Position numbers and translations under genes: made by a program. A stretch of 64,000 bases of DNA from Chlorokybus atmophyticus (Eukaryota; Plantae; Mesostigma and Chlorokybus algae), in contig RHPI01003488.1 in assembly GCA_009103225.1 (NCBI GenBank), forward strand, positions 1-64,000, in the 5' to 3' direction. Each line of letters starts with the position of its first letter. The stretch's first letter is position 1. Shown one piece after another: positions 51,001 through 64,000 of the stretch. The notes beneath the pieces were generated by a model. The model worked only from the letters and a program-made list of their open reading frames with translations. It made no database searches and was not told the origin of the DNA.

Positions 51001-51781
51001 GAACCACTCGTGCGATCCCAATGCTATGTTGACTTTTGGTCCATGTGGAGTTGTACGCGTGAGAGCTATTTGCAACATCCCAGCTGGCAACCAGTTATTC
51101 ATATCATACGGCCCGCAGAGAGGAGAACACATAACCCAACAGCGAAGACAACTTCTTTTGGAACAGTATTGCTTCCTTTGCCAATGCGAAGCGTGCAGCG
51201 CCGCACGCAACAACAACATTGCGGATATGTGGTTCGACGGCTTCGCGTGCGGTACACCAGGCTGCGATGGCGTGTTACCCAGCAACACGCCGCAAGTTGT
51301 GTCGGCGCCACATACCCACATATTCGCAGCGTGCTCGCAGTGTGGCCGCGAGGCCGATATTCATCAACTCTCTATCAAAGCTCAAGCTGCTCAGCGCAGG
51401 CTCAATGAAGCGATACTGACCCAAAACCTCAACAATTTATCATCATCCTTAGGTTTATTACAACAACTCCTTCACCAATACAATCGCCAGCTTGCGCGCG
51501 CACAAGACAACGTGGCAGAGGCTTTATGCAAAGCAGGGCGTTTCAGTGAGGCAATACCACATCTCGAAGCTTCAATCGACATCTTGACACAACATTACCC
51601 CGCGTCGAGTGTGGTTGTCGAGCACGAGAGGGTGAAAGTGGCATTTGCGTTGGTGGCAGCGGGAGAGCGGGAGCGAGCTGCGCAGGAGGCAAGAGAGGCT
51701 TTAAGAGTAATGAAGATGCACTATGGAGAGGAGTTGGGTGAGCATGCAACGTGGTTGGAACTCATGCATCTGGCGGAGTGA
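48095..51781 (+). CDS. SET and MYND domain lysine methyltransferase with TPRs (SMYD4-like), multi-exon
   Basis: TPR (GNGAFRGGGYESAAALYSQ), GRGLRV, MYND finger CHHC..CDGC...FC..RC, NHSCDPN, ELFISY-like QLFISYGP, post-SET YCFLCQCEAC, and C-terminal TPR. Confidence 0.9.
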
Positions 51782-54700
51782 TGTATTGTGCGGTGATGTA
51801 ATGCAATGTGACATGATGCAATATATGGTGCCTAAATGGCAGCCGTGCGTAGTTAAACGTGAAGCATTGCAAACAAGCTGAGTATGCACACCTATTAACA
51901 ATACACGGGCTAGAACACTTGGCAATTAAAGTACTTGTGATGCACAATTGATATGCACATGCTCTGTTCAGCAGGATGTAGGTATAGACGAGTACAACAC
52001 TCGATTGCATGTGGATATAGCCATTGATGTTGTTGTGTATGCAGTGTTTCTTGAAACGTCTACCTATACTTGATGTGCGCTACTTTTTTGCTTATCATGG
52101 GCTCTGTTAAACCCACTTCAAAAATCTGGCATGAGGTTTTTCCGGTTCTCATAAACGCAGTCCTTAGTGAGCTTTGCGCATGGACTCACACGTCGTTAAC
52201 GAGCTCATTTCACTTTAAGGATTTGAACTTAGCGGCGCTGGCTTCCCCAATCTGGCTGCCAACCCCTAGTTTGCCCAGGTTTACTTTGCACGTTGCTTTA
52301 TGAAGACTCATTTGAGCTTATAACGGGAATTTGGACTTAAGGCCCCGGTTTCGTTAATCTCGACTAAGGCCTCAGCAACTTCCATTAACTCAGCCCCAAT
52401 TCACCAACTTTGCACAATGGTTCATTGCGGTGACGTGTCGTGCATATCACTCACATTGCCCGCACACCAAGCATGTTGGCATGGAACCATACCCCTTACA
52501 TACACGGTTACCGGTGAGCTCACTCCGCTTCATAAATTGAGCTTAGCGGCTTCCTTTTTTCTCAACCAAGGCCTAGCCAATCCTTGTTAATCACCCATTC
52601 ATAAGCCGCCGACTTTGCGCCAATTGCCTTGAGGGGTATCGGTAATCTACAAAGATTAATTACGACTGTCATTAACAACCTTCTTTATGCTCACTTCACA
52701 TCTTTTATTTTCACTTCACGGCGGCTTTGCTAATCTCGATCGGCCTTCACCTCAATGCCACTGAAAATGTTGTATACTTGTCTTATCTACACAACTCACT
52801 TCATGTGTGTTGTGTAGATCAGACATTGAGTAACGCCACATGCAAAACTAGCAACTATTGATTGTACCAACCTTGTTTTATGTCTTCAACTTGGACTGCC
52901 TTTTTGCATTTAAAGTCAAAGACATGCAAGATTGAACCCTTAAATAGAAAATCTTAGAGCAAATTGCAAATTGCATGAATTATATAATATGCACATCATT
53001 AAGGTATCATCATATACATCTGAATATACATGAGATATTGCCATGCTGAAACTTAAAAAAAAAAAAAAAAAAAAGCCTTTGAATCAACCACAATAAGTTA
53101 ATATAATCAAGCACGTACATGTAAACACACAAGCAAACCTATTCGGCAAACAAGGCAGCATAGGCAAAAGTACATTCAATTGGACAACACATATACGGAA
53201 AGCAACGGTCAGATTGTTACCTCAACAGTACCTATTGAAAGATCATCCGTCGCCGCTTGCTTCATGTTCCATTGCAAGGTTTTAAATCAAGCTACAAAAC
53301 TCATGAGAAGCACGTGCTACCCACGTGACCAACAGATCAATGCAATGCGGAGTGCACGTAGCAAACTTCTCTATCCACACCGTGGACATATACAAAAGCC
53401 TTTGCGCCAGGTACATGTGCACATCTTCAACACTTCCGCTGCAATAATTGCTGCGAAATAAACAATTATAACAACACATGGCCGAGAACATTTGAGAATC
53501 GTACTAGCTGCTTGACAGCGCACGCATTGCTGTTTACAAATGTACATGTTTCACAGATAGTCACCACTTGGCTAGTGCACAATACGCATGCACGCAATTG
53601 TATCACTGCAATAAAACGCACAGGTCAACATCAGGACGCGAAACGCGACTTATGAGCCACACTGCATCCTCCTACAACAGCTATCGTCATCCTCCGCCAC
53701 TTACTCGGCCGTCGCTGCATTGCATTTGACGTTGTTGGAACTTTCAACTTGGAAGGGCGTTCACTATTATTGGCGTCGCGCTTGCTGTTGTCAACACGCA
53801 TCCACGCACACATACACATCTACCTTATTACGCAGCTGCTCCGCTAAAGCACACCCTGGCGCCCCTGCCAACAGAAACTTTGTTGTTAGCTATGCAATCC
53901 TTACTACAAATGGACCCATTGATGCAAAGTATGCACGCATATGTAGCTGAAACAACATATGTGTGCTTGCAATACCTTACCACATAATCATAATTTGCGA
54001 GGCGAAACTCTGTGCTAGCAGGTGTAATATAAAGCACTTGCGCCACACAGGTTGTTTCCACGCAAGATCAGCAACGAATTGTGTGATCTGCGCTGCCGTG
54101 CCCTTACAAGCATGCTCCAATACAACATCTCCGAGGACACTGGCTGTTTGCAAGCCGCAAGCCGCCTCACCGGCGTGCTGTACCATTGTGGACTCCATTT
54201 ATAATGACCCGCCCGTCAGCCTCCACAATTGGCACATTGGCAAGCTTTAGACGCGAACGAATTTTGTCGATGAAAAAACTCACAAGGATTGGCCTCGAAT
54301 GCGTCAACCGACCCATGCGTGCGCAGTCCTTAATAACTTCAAAAGTCAGCATGACAGCGCTTGGCGTTGCTCCCATACGTAGCTATACACCTCCCCCTCC
54401 TCCTCCTCATGGTTGACGTCGCGGACAAGCCCATTGGGCGGCGCCATTGAAGCTGAACAATTGCTGACAAAAATAGCCTCCAATCACTCATGCCACCAAA
54501 AAAAGCTATTCCGCTTAGCCTACAAAGCTGTAGCTGGAGGGTTTTACGGAAGGCAGTGCTCCCGCGTCCTTACTAGATTATGATACGGTGCTGCAAGTAC
54601 CGCAACCATCAACAAAACTTTACTAGAAGTTGATGTGTGATAAGTAAATATTACAAGCACTTTACTCTTATTTGATCGCAAACTCGACGTCAGTAATATT

Positions 54701-56464
54701 AATATGAGCCCGTTGTACACACACCACAAGCACCACAGCGTTTAAAAGAGCAAAATACTGAAGCTGTAGCAGGCGCCCCACGAACAATGGCCAATCAATG
54801 TTTACAAAACTACAATATAAATATGGTATATATACATTTATAACTACTATTATTTTTACAACCAAGCAGCAACAATAACCATTGTGACAACACATACACA
54901 ATACTTCAACATAAGAGCACACAAATCTTATACAAGAATAACCATGTAACAATAGGCCATAGGGCATGAATCGCCAACTTGCAAAATAACACATTATCCT
55001 GCACAACACATGTATACACAACGACATATTTATGATGGCCATTACAACATACTCAGGGTTTACAAGCTTTTTAGAAGCGCCAGACAGGACCCCACTAATA
55101 TTGTGATTGACTCGAATTTGAGTCATTGAGTGCTTTGCTAAATTAACAAGAAATGCACAATGTAAACACAACCGCACACTACAATACCAACAAGATACAA
55201 TTAGAACTCATTTATTTCAGAATATGCTTAACATGCACGAGCTTAAGTTGCGCGATGTCCTTACAAAATCAGATGCTCGCATGAATGCATGTTGCAATGA
55301 ATTTGCATGAGTGCAATCTCACAACATCCGAATGTGGACCTGCATGTAATATGACATCACATAATATAGTATAATATGATAAACACATCTGAACAAAAAC
55401 CATGATACTGCTTATTTGGATTGCTGGCACGCTGGCTTAAATTATGGCCTCCAACTCATGAATGATGTCCTTATTAATAATATAATGTGATATGAGTCAT
55501 CACGTTGGTTGTGGCTCGTGCAAAAGTAACGTCAAATGGCGGTAGGAAGGTTTTACTGAACCATAAACCGATCGCATCAAAAATCTAATCAGCAATACTG
55601 GCAACATCATCATAAAAAGACAATGCAACTCATTGATTTATGCACATCCCCAAGGACCAACATCGCAACTTCAACACCCGCCGCTGCCGGCACCAACTTC
55701 GTGGCGGCGTTGATGAACAACGCCGTGTTTATTAACGCCGCCACGAATATCGCCACCACATCAGCGCCACCGCCGCTACTCGGCCCAAACTGCCACAGTG
55801 CACGTGCACTACCCCCGGTATGCCATGCAAAATAACCAATTTTACGGCGCTAACCGAAACCGTAAGCTTACTGATAATAACATCTTGCCCAATATACCAA
55901 CAGACACGATGAAATGTCATTCAACCTTATAGTTCACTGAGCAACTTGATCGCGGTCACCAATGGTTGCTTTACTTAACAAATTGTACTCACTCTGAAAA
56001 TGTCAACTTCGCCAATTGTTACTAAGCCTGTGGGCCTGACTACTTATTTTCAACAAAGGTTTGCGACTTGTGCCACTTGTGCCACTTCACCTCATCAAGT
56101 GCTTAAGTTACTTGACAATTTTGTACTAGAAGACCGTTCTGGTAATGCAGGCTTTGTGAAAGAGCTTGAGGTCAAATGCCTATCGTCCAATCTGACTTCA
56201 ATATCGAGCTAGCAACCGCGATCAAGTTTATCATGGCTGCTTCATTGAACAACATGTCGCATTCGCTTTAGGCATGCAAGGTTCGCGACTTGGCGACTTG
56301 TAATCGAGGCCTTCTTTGCTTTGATCAACAGAAGTTGACAACTCAATGACATGAGCTTATAAAGCAGCGGAAACCCTCTCGAGACTTACCTCAAGCTCCG
56401 CGATGCGGATCGGGTGCCCGTTGTTCGTTGAGACTTCATCAGCGATGCTAAATTTAAGATTGGA

Positions 56465-56775
56465 GGGCATGCGATGTTGAGGAGACTCGTGCAACTGGCA
56501 GGGTGATGTGGTGTGATGTGATGTGATGTGGCGTGAGGTTATGTGATGCGATATACCATGCCTATATTGCAACTGTGCGCAGTTGACCATAAAGCATAGC
56601 AAACAAGCTGAGCATGCACACTTATCATCCATACACGGGCTAGGACACTTGGCAATCAGAATATGTGTGATGCACATGTGACACGCATGTGTTTGCTCTA
56701 TGGAGGCAGGATGTAGATGTAGTCGCGTGTACAACACTCATTACCTTTGGATATAGCTGATGGTGTTGTTGTATG
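56465..56775 (+). repeat. Diverged direct copy of about 51740-52045 (SMYD4-like last codons plus 3' flank)
   Basis: Shared blocks such as gcaaacaagctgag(t/c)atgcacac, atacacgggctag(a/g)acacttggcaat, gcaggatgtag and gtacaacactc; roughly 75-80% identity by eye. Confidence 0.8.
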
Positions 56776-57176
56776 AGCAAGTGGGGCGTGTACCAATTCA
56801 CACATCGCCGTCTGAAGTGTCCGCCTAATCTTATTCTATTAATACTTGCATGCTACTTGCATGCCAGCTTCCGAATGCTCCTTGCATGCTTGCATACAGT
56901 TTCTGGAGAGTTTGCTTAACGGAACTCGTATGTGAGTTTTTATATGACTAAACAGGCAAGTATGCACTAAAGTACAGAACACACTGGCAGGCGCGTGTGG
57001 TTGCCGATGTGATGTGTGGTGTGAAAATGCATGTTTTCAACAGCCTTGTGCTTATCCTGTACACTATTGACACACGCAACAGCAGCAATGACTCTGCAGT
57101 TGCAAAGCTACATTTCTGTACAGATTGACTACACATCATACTAACGCATGGACGCAGGACCAACAGAGCCACCCTC

Positions 57177-60100
57177 CTAGCCTATGTACGCCAGGTCCGT
57201 ACAGACCAGCAGGTAGCGGTCCCGGTAAGTTATCTTGGACTCACGGAAGGCCACAAACGGCACGCGAGGCAGCGGGAAGCCCGTCGACAGCCTCTGGTTG
57301 ATGCGCGGGATGACCACCGCGTTGACTATCAGCTGCACCGCGCGCTGCATCTGAAGCACCGACAGCCATATTAGTCAAGCATGCTTACGAGAGTGCAACC
57401 TTCAACCATCTTACCAGTGTCATGGGGAAGGAGCCAATGTCACTCCATAGCAGCGACAAGCTCAGGGTGTCTACATGCACGGAGCCCGTGATGTTGGTTG
57501 AGACCACACGTGCGCGGCCCTCCAGATCCACGACCAACCCAACAGCTGCGACGCCCTTTAGCGTGTTGTTGGGCAACACCACCTGCAGCAACTCACTGGT
57601 TGGTCATGGATGCAATCAACCACCGACGTCAAGCCTGCGCCTCACATGTCAACTCACTTTTCACTCAGCCAGCAACTCAACTGGTGAAACAATAACATGC
57701 ATACAAAGCATGTATGTATATCACTACCATGGACAGCCATACAAGCATGTGCATACATGCATGTGTGCGTGTTGAGCGCATACCCCCTTAACTCGTTTAC
57801 ATGCTCAGCCAATCAACAAATGCACGCGCGCACGCGCACCTGTATGAGCATCTCCCCATCCACGGTTGCCTTTATCCCCTCCTCTGCCGTGATCCTAAAT
57901 TCCGGCAGTGTCGTCGCGTTGACGTGCAACACCATGGCCGCATCCGGGTATTCGCGGTACAGCGGGGGTACGATCCACTTCCAAGCGGTTGTGTTGAGCT
58001 GAAGGCTGAAGGAATGGGGCAGTTCATCGACGTCCCAGTGAAGCTGATCAGCGTGGTAGTAAACCCAGAGGGCGGAGTTCACGACGTAGTCAGTCACGGC
58101 AATAGTCACCTGCAAAAGCAAGGACAAGGGTAAAATCGGTTGTAACTTTTGTACTTCGGCGTGAAGCTGACGTCTGTAGGGTGCACACGAGACACTTGTA
58201 CCGTAAAGACCAATCTTTACGCATTAAAAGAAAACTCAGAATGATAAGAGCGTAATCTGTAACAAACGCATGTACTTCAAAATACGAAACCCCCGGCCTT
58301 GAACTGCCGCAGGTCGCTGAGCAGTCAATACATGCATTGAATGCCGGCGGGCCTTGGCCAACGTCGCGCTTTGCGTGCACAGATTTTAATGAAGTTTTAA
58401 TGAAGTTTACCTCAACACTTGAATGAAGTTGAAAATAATGGCAAGAAAAGTAAAAACCACATAAAGTTCTGGTCTTGATATCATGAGAATAAACATGTTC
58501 TGTTCGAGGAATGACAGGCTGAGACCCGCAAAACACCAGTCCCAGTAAGCAACAAACTTCAACCGAAATGTGTGGGTGGGTGGTGGTGGGGGGGGTATAC
58601 GGAAAGCAACGGTCNNNNNNNNNNNNNNNNNNNNNNNNNNNNNNNNNNNNNNNNNNNNNNNNNNNNNNNNNNNNNNNNNNNNNNNNNNNNNNNNNNNNNN
58701 NNNNNNNNNNNNNNNNNNNNNNNNNNNNNNNNNNNNNNNNNNNNNNNNNNNNNNNNNNNNNNNNNNNNNNNNNNNNNNNNNNNNNNNNNNNNNNNNNNNN
58801 NNNNNNNNNNNNNNNNNNNNNNNNNNNNNNNNNNNNNNNNNNNNNNNNNNNNNNNNNNNNNNNNNNNNNNNNNNNNNNNNNNNNNNNNNNNNNNNNNNNN
58901 NNNNNNNNNNNNNNNNNNNNNNNNNNNNNNNNNNNNNNNNNNNNNNNNNNNNNNNNNNNNNNNNNNNNNNNNNNNNNNNNNNNNNGGGGCGTGCGTGCGT
59001 GTGTACAAGACTATGCGCGTTGCACTCAGAGGCACAAGCCACAATAAGGAAAGCTGAAACCCATGTCCGTACCATGCTTGAGGATGAGCCGCACAGCGGT
59101 CCGTCCGGCAGTACCGGCGGCGCCGGTCCATCGTATTCTCTCTCCTCCTCCTTCCCTACCGCGACAAACTCTCCTTTCGTTGACACGGACAGGTATGACG
59201 GCGCAAATACAGGATCCTCCATGATGTCCACCGCCACCGCTGCATGGCTGTCCACCGCGATGCGGTTAGAGAGACCCGCCACGAAACGGTTGAGCTCCTC
59301 AGCGGCCTGCGTAGAGGAAAGGGCGAGCGCATGTGTGTACATGTTCCCCCACATGCGTGTGTGTGCCACAGCGTGTGAGTGTACTGCACAAACATCCAAC
59401 CTTCAGTAAGCCCGCGTCAATGCCTTTGGCAACTGCAGCCTTGATCTGCGTCCCAAACAACTTAACAAACAGGTTGTAGAGCCACGACTGGCCTCCATGA
59501 AGCTCGATCTTCAAATCATCCACCTGTGCACTACCACATGTTCAGGACACAACTCAGCCTGTACAACCTTCATGTGCAGCCAACATCATGCACCTTTGTG
59601 CCATCTTCTGTCACATTCAGCGCCAGCCGTCCGTCATGCGCCGTCATGGACAACTTCAACCCGCTGCTGATGTTCTCCGCCGTGATGTCCGCCGTGCCGC
59701 TGTCTCCCACAGGAAGAAACCTGCACGAGGATGGTATCGCAATTCATAACCATACAAGGCTTAACCCCTACTGCTATGCCACAGATGCTACTATGCGCTC
59801 TACCATAGTCACCAAGGGGACTTCATTGCTCTACACTTTACATTATACCTTTCCCATGCATACTTATGCTTAACGTACATATACACTCTGCTGAGAAGGT
59901 CAGCACACTGAGTATCAAGTGCAAGTAACTACCACTCCACTCCACACGTAACGTTGACTAGTCAGCAAACAAGCACACGCATGTCCGCATCCGCATCCGC
60001 GTGCGCATGCGCATGTGCACAGGGTTGCCTGCGCATGCTACACACAAACGCACTCTGACTCTCTCACTCACTCACTCACTTTGAATGCACAGAGTATGCC

Positions 60101-60886
60101 CATCCCATGGCGACCGACGCCTTCATCCCCGCGACCTCGAGGGCGGCACCGTCGCTGGTCAGCGTCACGTTGGAGGCCGACGTGGCGAACTCGTAAAGCT
60201 GGATGGAAGAGAGGTCGAAGGAGATGGAGCCAATAGGAGACTGGGCGGTGGCCTGAGAGAGGGAGAAAGGTGGGTGGGTGAGGTGTGGGTGTGGGGTTGT
60301 TGGTGCTGTTGTCGGTGTCACACACGCATGCACGCATGCACACATACACACACACACGCGCGCGCCGGACTCATGGGGCGCTGTGTGTTTTTATGAACAG
60401 CTGGCTCACCGATATGTCGGGGATGTTGATTGGTATAAGCTTCTCCCTCAGCAGCGTCAACAGCACCTGCAGTCGCACGCTTACGAACAACGCTAACACA
60501 TGAACGCTGATCTTCATAGCACGCATGCACGCACGCTTAAACAACTTACGCTTGCACTCATACCTTGTATGTACGTGCAACAATGTTGAGACCTCGCTTA
60601 CCTTTTTGGCAAACAGCAGCCCTTTCTCTGATAGTGTCACCTGCAGCCCCGCTTTGCCCGTTCCCGTCTCACTCTGTCCTTCAACTTCATCAACCTTACT
60701 CACCACATCATCAACAACAACATTGTCGCCTTCAACAGGAACCGGCATGCGTATGGCTGTATGGGAGTTGTTGTTGGAGGCAATGGATGATAGGTTGGGG
60801 GTGTTGATGGTGTTGATGGCGAGGACGGCGAGTATACCCACAAGAATGAGGGCGCAGAGGACGCCGCCCCTCGCACGAACGTGCAT
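57177..60886 (-). CDS. LBP/BPI family lipid-binding protein, multi-exon, spanning an assembly gap in an intron
   Basis: N-terminal hydrophobic segment, GLQVTLSEKGLLFAK, DDLKIELHGGQSWLYNLFV, VTDYVVNSALWVYYHA, and VIPRINQRLSTGFPLP...ITYRDRYLLVCTDLAY. Confidence 0.88.
58615..58985. other. Assembly gap (N run)
   Basis: Ns flanked by G-rich sequence. Confidence 0.99.
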
Positions 60887-62084
60887 GGCGGGAAACCTGG
60901 GTATGTGGATATGACCAGATCAATATGCGTGTGCGTGTGCGTGTGTGTGCGTGCGCGACAACCTGGGGGTGAATGTGAAGAGCCTTGAGAGAGCTGTAAA
61001 GAGCTTCACAGAGAGCTTTGCTTGCTGTTGTCATCACATGCAGATGAAGCTATGGCAACCACACTGTGCTTTCACTCGGCTACCACAGTCACACACACAT
61101 GGCCGCACACAGAGGTGGCAAACCAACAACATGCATGCGTGCGGATCTGCAAGCACATGTTGATATGACAAGAGCACTGAGGACACGTGCGTGGGATCAA
61201 AATCAGCAAAAGCAAACAACTCAATACGGTGCTCGCGAGAAACACACACAGCCAGCTGCTCTGTACCCATGCATGGAACCGGATCCTACCAACCCAACAG
61301 CCTTGCGCTGCTTTGTGAGTTGGAAGGATGAAACAGACGAGTCTCACAAGCAATGTACAATATTCAGGCAACTGTAAGAAGTTACTTGTGCTCGTCCCAT
61401 GTCTGAACCCTTGCCTTGTCCTCCATTGTGGTGTGAGATGCATTGACAGGCACATGTCAAGCCCTGGTCACCAACCACAGCAACGGCGCATACTTACACA
61501 TGTAAGCAAGCAGAAATGCAACCAAAGCCAAACGACCGCACGACCAAATGCAGATTGTCTTTATTACAACAACACACGACACACGACACACCACAGACAT
61601 GCCTTGCAAGCAGTCAGGTGAACCGTGATGGTAAGCCCATTCTACTCGGGGACAAGCCCACTGTCGACCAGCCAGCAAGGTCTACTTCCCCTCCTCGTCC
61701 TTTGCCTCCTCCTCGTCCTCCTCGTCGTTTGCCTCCTTCTCAACCGCCACGTCGGTCGCCGCCGCCGCTGCCACGTCCACCAACGGAAGCTAACGCTTGC
61801 AGCGTAACGTTCTACGAAGCTGTCTATTCATAAACCGACACTTTGACCCGAAATGTCGGCTGTCGGCGCAGTGCAAGGCCAACCAACGGCATTTTCATCT
61901 GCTGTTGCTGTTGTTGTTGTTGGTGTCCTGTTGTCTGAAAGGCCAACGCTCTGTGTGTGTTGGTCCATTTCTCACAATTCAGCTTGAGCATATTATGGCA
62001 GCATAGTCTCAAACATTGAGGTTTAGCTGCTATATCCTCAAACAACTCTGTTTCCATCCTGCTGGAAGGTATACTTCAGCAGTT

Positions 62085-62495
62085 ATGCCAGCGGCAGCGG
62101 TGGCGCCGGTCAAGCCTGTGCTGAGGTGCAAAGTGGTAGTTGTGGGTGAGTGTATGAAACAGTTCACCTTTCAAATGAGGAGTAGTCTGCTGAGGAAGTA
62201 AATCGACTTCGGTGAATTGGTGAACCGAACAGTGATGGACTGGACGAGTGTTGTAGTGTGAACGCTGTACCATTTGTTATTATTGTTGTTGCTGCTGATT
62301 TTTGTCTTTCTCATGTCGGTGATTATTATCCTTTTCTCATCGCTCCAGGAGATGCGACGGTGGGCAAGACCTGTCTGGTCAATGCCTTCCTGCACAAGGG
62401 ACCCTTCAACAAGGACTACAGAATGGTGCGCGTGTGAGACATGCAGCTGTGGCACACATAAGCGCATCACCATGCAGGCACGCACGTGCACAGTG

Positions 62496-62528
<33 letters not shown>

Positions 62529-63917
62529 GTGTGTATGTGTGTGTGTGTGTGTTCGCACGCACACACACACGTAAATCCCCCNNNNNNNNNNNNNNNNNNN
62601 NNNNNNNNNNNNNNNNNNNNNNNNNNNNNNNNNNNNNNNNNNNNNNNNNNNNNNNNNNNNNNNNNNNNNNNNNNNNNNNNNNNNNNNNNNNNNNNNNNNN
62701 NNNNNNNNNNNNNNNNNNNNNNNNNNNNNNNNNNNNNNNNNNNNNNNNNNNNNNNNNNNNNNNNNNNNNNNNNNNNNNNNNNNNNNNNNNNNNNNNNNNN
62801 NNNNNNNNNNNNNNNNNNNNNNNNNNNNNNNNNNNNNNNNNNNNNNNNNNNNNNNNNNNNNNNNNNNNNNNNNNNNNNNNNNNNNNNNNNNNNNNNNNNN
62901 NNNNNNNNNNNNNNNNNNNNNNNNNNNNNNNNNNNNNNNNNNNNNNNNNNNNNNNNNNNNNNNNNNNNNNNNNNNNNNNNNNNNNNNNNNNNNNCCCCCC
63001 CCCCCCCCTCAAACACACACAACATCCATGATGCGTTCCATAGACAGGCAGTGTGGAGCTGAGCGTTCAGAGCATCAGCCTGGCGTCATGTGTGGCCGAG
63101 CTCGCGATCCACGACATCGGCGGGCACGATGTCTTCTTCACTGACACCACACCCAAACACGTACGCACATATGTGTTACATACTCTCCTTGTCAGTGACA
63201 CATGCGTGCATGTATGTGTGTTCACTGTGGCTTTTGCGACAGTGTGAAAGTGCTGCAGCGGCTGTTTTCGTGTACGATTGCACCAACAAACGCTCTCTTG
63301 AAAGCTGTGGTAAGTAATAATTGTATGCACGTTGTGTCGTACAATGCTACATTGGAATCCAACACCGCAAAGTGCTGACAATCATGCAGATCCATGATTG
63401 CTGTGCTTCTGTAAACAGACAAGTGGCTGCGAGTGTTGAAAACTGCGCGAGCAGGCGACCGCCCAATGCCAAGCAAGTGCCGCACGCGCACGCGCACACA
63501 CATATGATAACGCACACACCCGCATTCGCACTTGCACCCACCTGCACCCCCACACACATGCGCACGCAATGCACCCCAACGTGAAAGCACTTGTGCGCCC
63601 AGTTGCGTTGGTGGGTATGAAGTCCGACCTCCTGCGCGAGCGGTCGATCAGCGGTACGACGGTGAGTCCCGCGCAGGGGACGGAGCTGGCGCACGCGCAA
63701 GGCATGCGATTCTTCCAATGCTCCGCTGTAAGGATGAGAGACCACCCCACATTTTCCAAGTTGCGTGTTGTTGAAAGGAGAGCGTGTTTGTGACTGTTGT
63801 TGTGGTCTTGTGTGGTAGATGGCGATGGACTCTACGCAGGCGCCGTTCCATTGGATAGCGGAGCAGTTCGGTCAGAGCTACGAGGACAAACTGGACAAGA
63901 TAGCCTTACACACTTGA
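62085..63917 (+). CDS. IFT27: Intraflagellar transport protein 27 (Rab-like GTPase RABL4), multi-exon
   Basis: LRCKVVVVG|DATVGKT, KDYRM, HDIGG, VFVYDCTNKRSLESC, LVGMKSD and APFHWIAEQFGQSYEDK follow the IFT27 pattern. Confidence 0.85.
62582..62994. other. Assembly gap (N run)
   Basis: Ns flanked by poly-C. Confidence 0.99.
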
Positions 63918-64000
63918 TGCGCATGGTATTGGCTACAACACTCTGCATGCGTCTGTGTGTAAGCCAAGGATGCACATGTACACACGCGTATGCACACACG

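Noticed and set aside
55010-55130. HIYDGHYNIL peptide resembling an OTU His box
   Set aside because: Too short, with no accompanying Cys motif or continuous frame.
58407-63062. ORFs containing long X runs
   Set aside because: They read through assembly gaps.

Overview
Eukaryotic nuclear DNA with short GT-AG introns. Gene content (plastid-type DUF7734-like gene, At5g58100-like gene, plant-type intron-containing tRNA-Tyr, flagellar IFT27) suggests a flagellate-producing streptophyte alga; this is an inference. Bases 1-10244 hold a minus-strand Ty3/Gypsy LTR retrotransposon whose pol frame has the order aspartyl protease - DNMT3-like C5 cytosine methyltransferase - reverse transcriptase. The RT runs straight into an LTR, with no RNase H or integrase in the window. 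Its gag and pol are separated by about 1.8 kb of non-coding DNA carrying two GGACCA-N4-TGGTCC hairpin arrays, a TGTCA/TGACA cluster and a tRNA-like unit. A 512-bp TRIM follows (79-bp LTRs with a 13-8-13 palindrome, 5-bp TSD). The rest is gene-dense host sequence: ARMC8, TRM13, a large VWA-like/Pro-rich/multi-TM protein, DUF7734-like, COPE, At5g58100-like, an APH/EcKL-type kinase, tRNA-Tyr, a DHHC PAT, SMYD4-like, LBP/BPI and IFT27. There is also a decayed copy of the SMYD4 3' end and two N gaps. Gene coordinates are start-to-stop spans including introns, inferred by eye without database searches.
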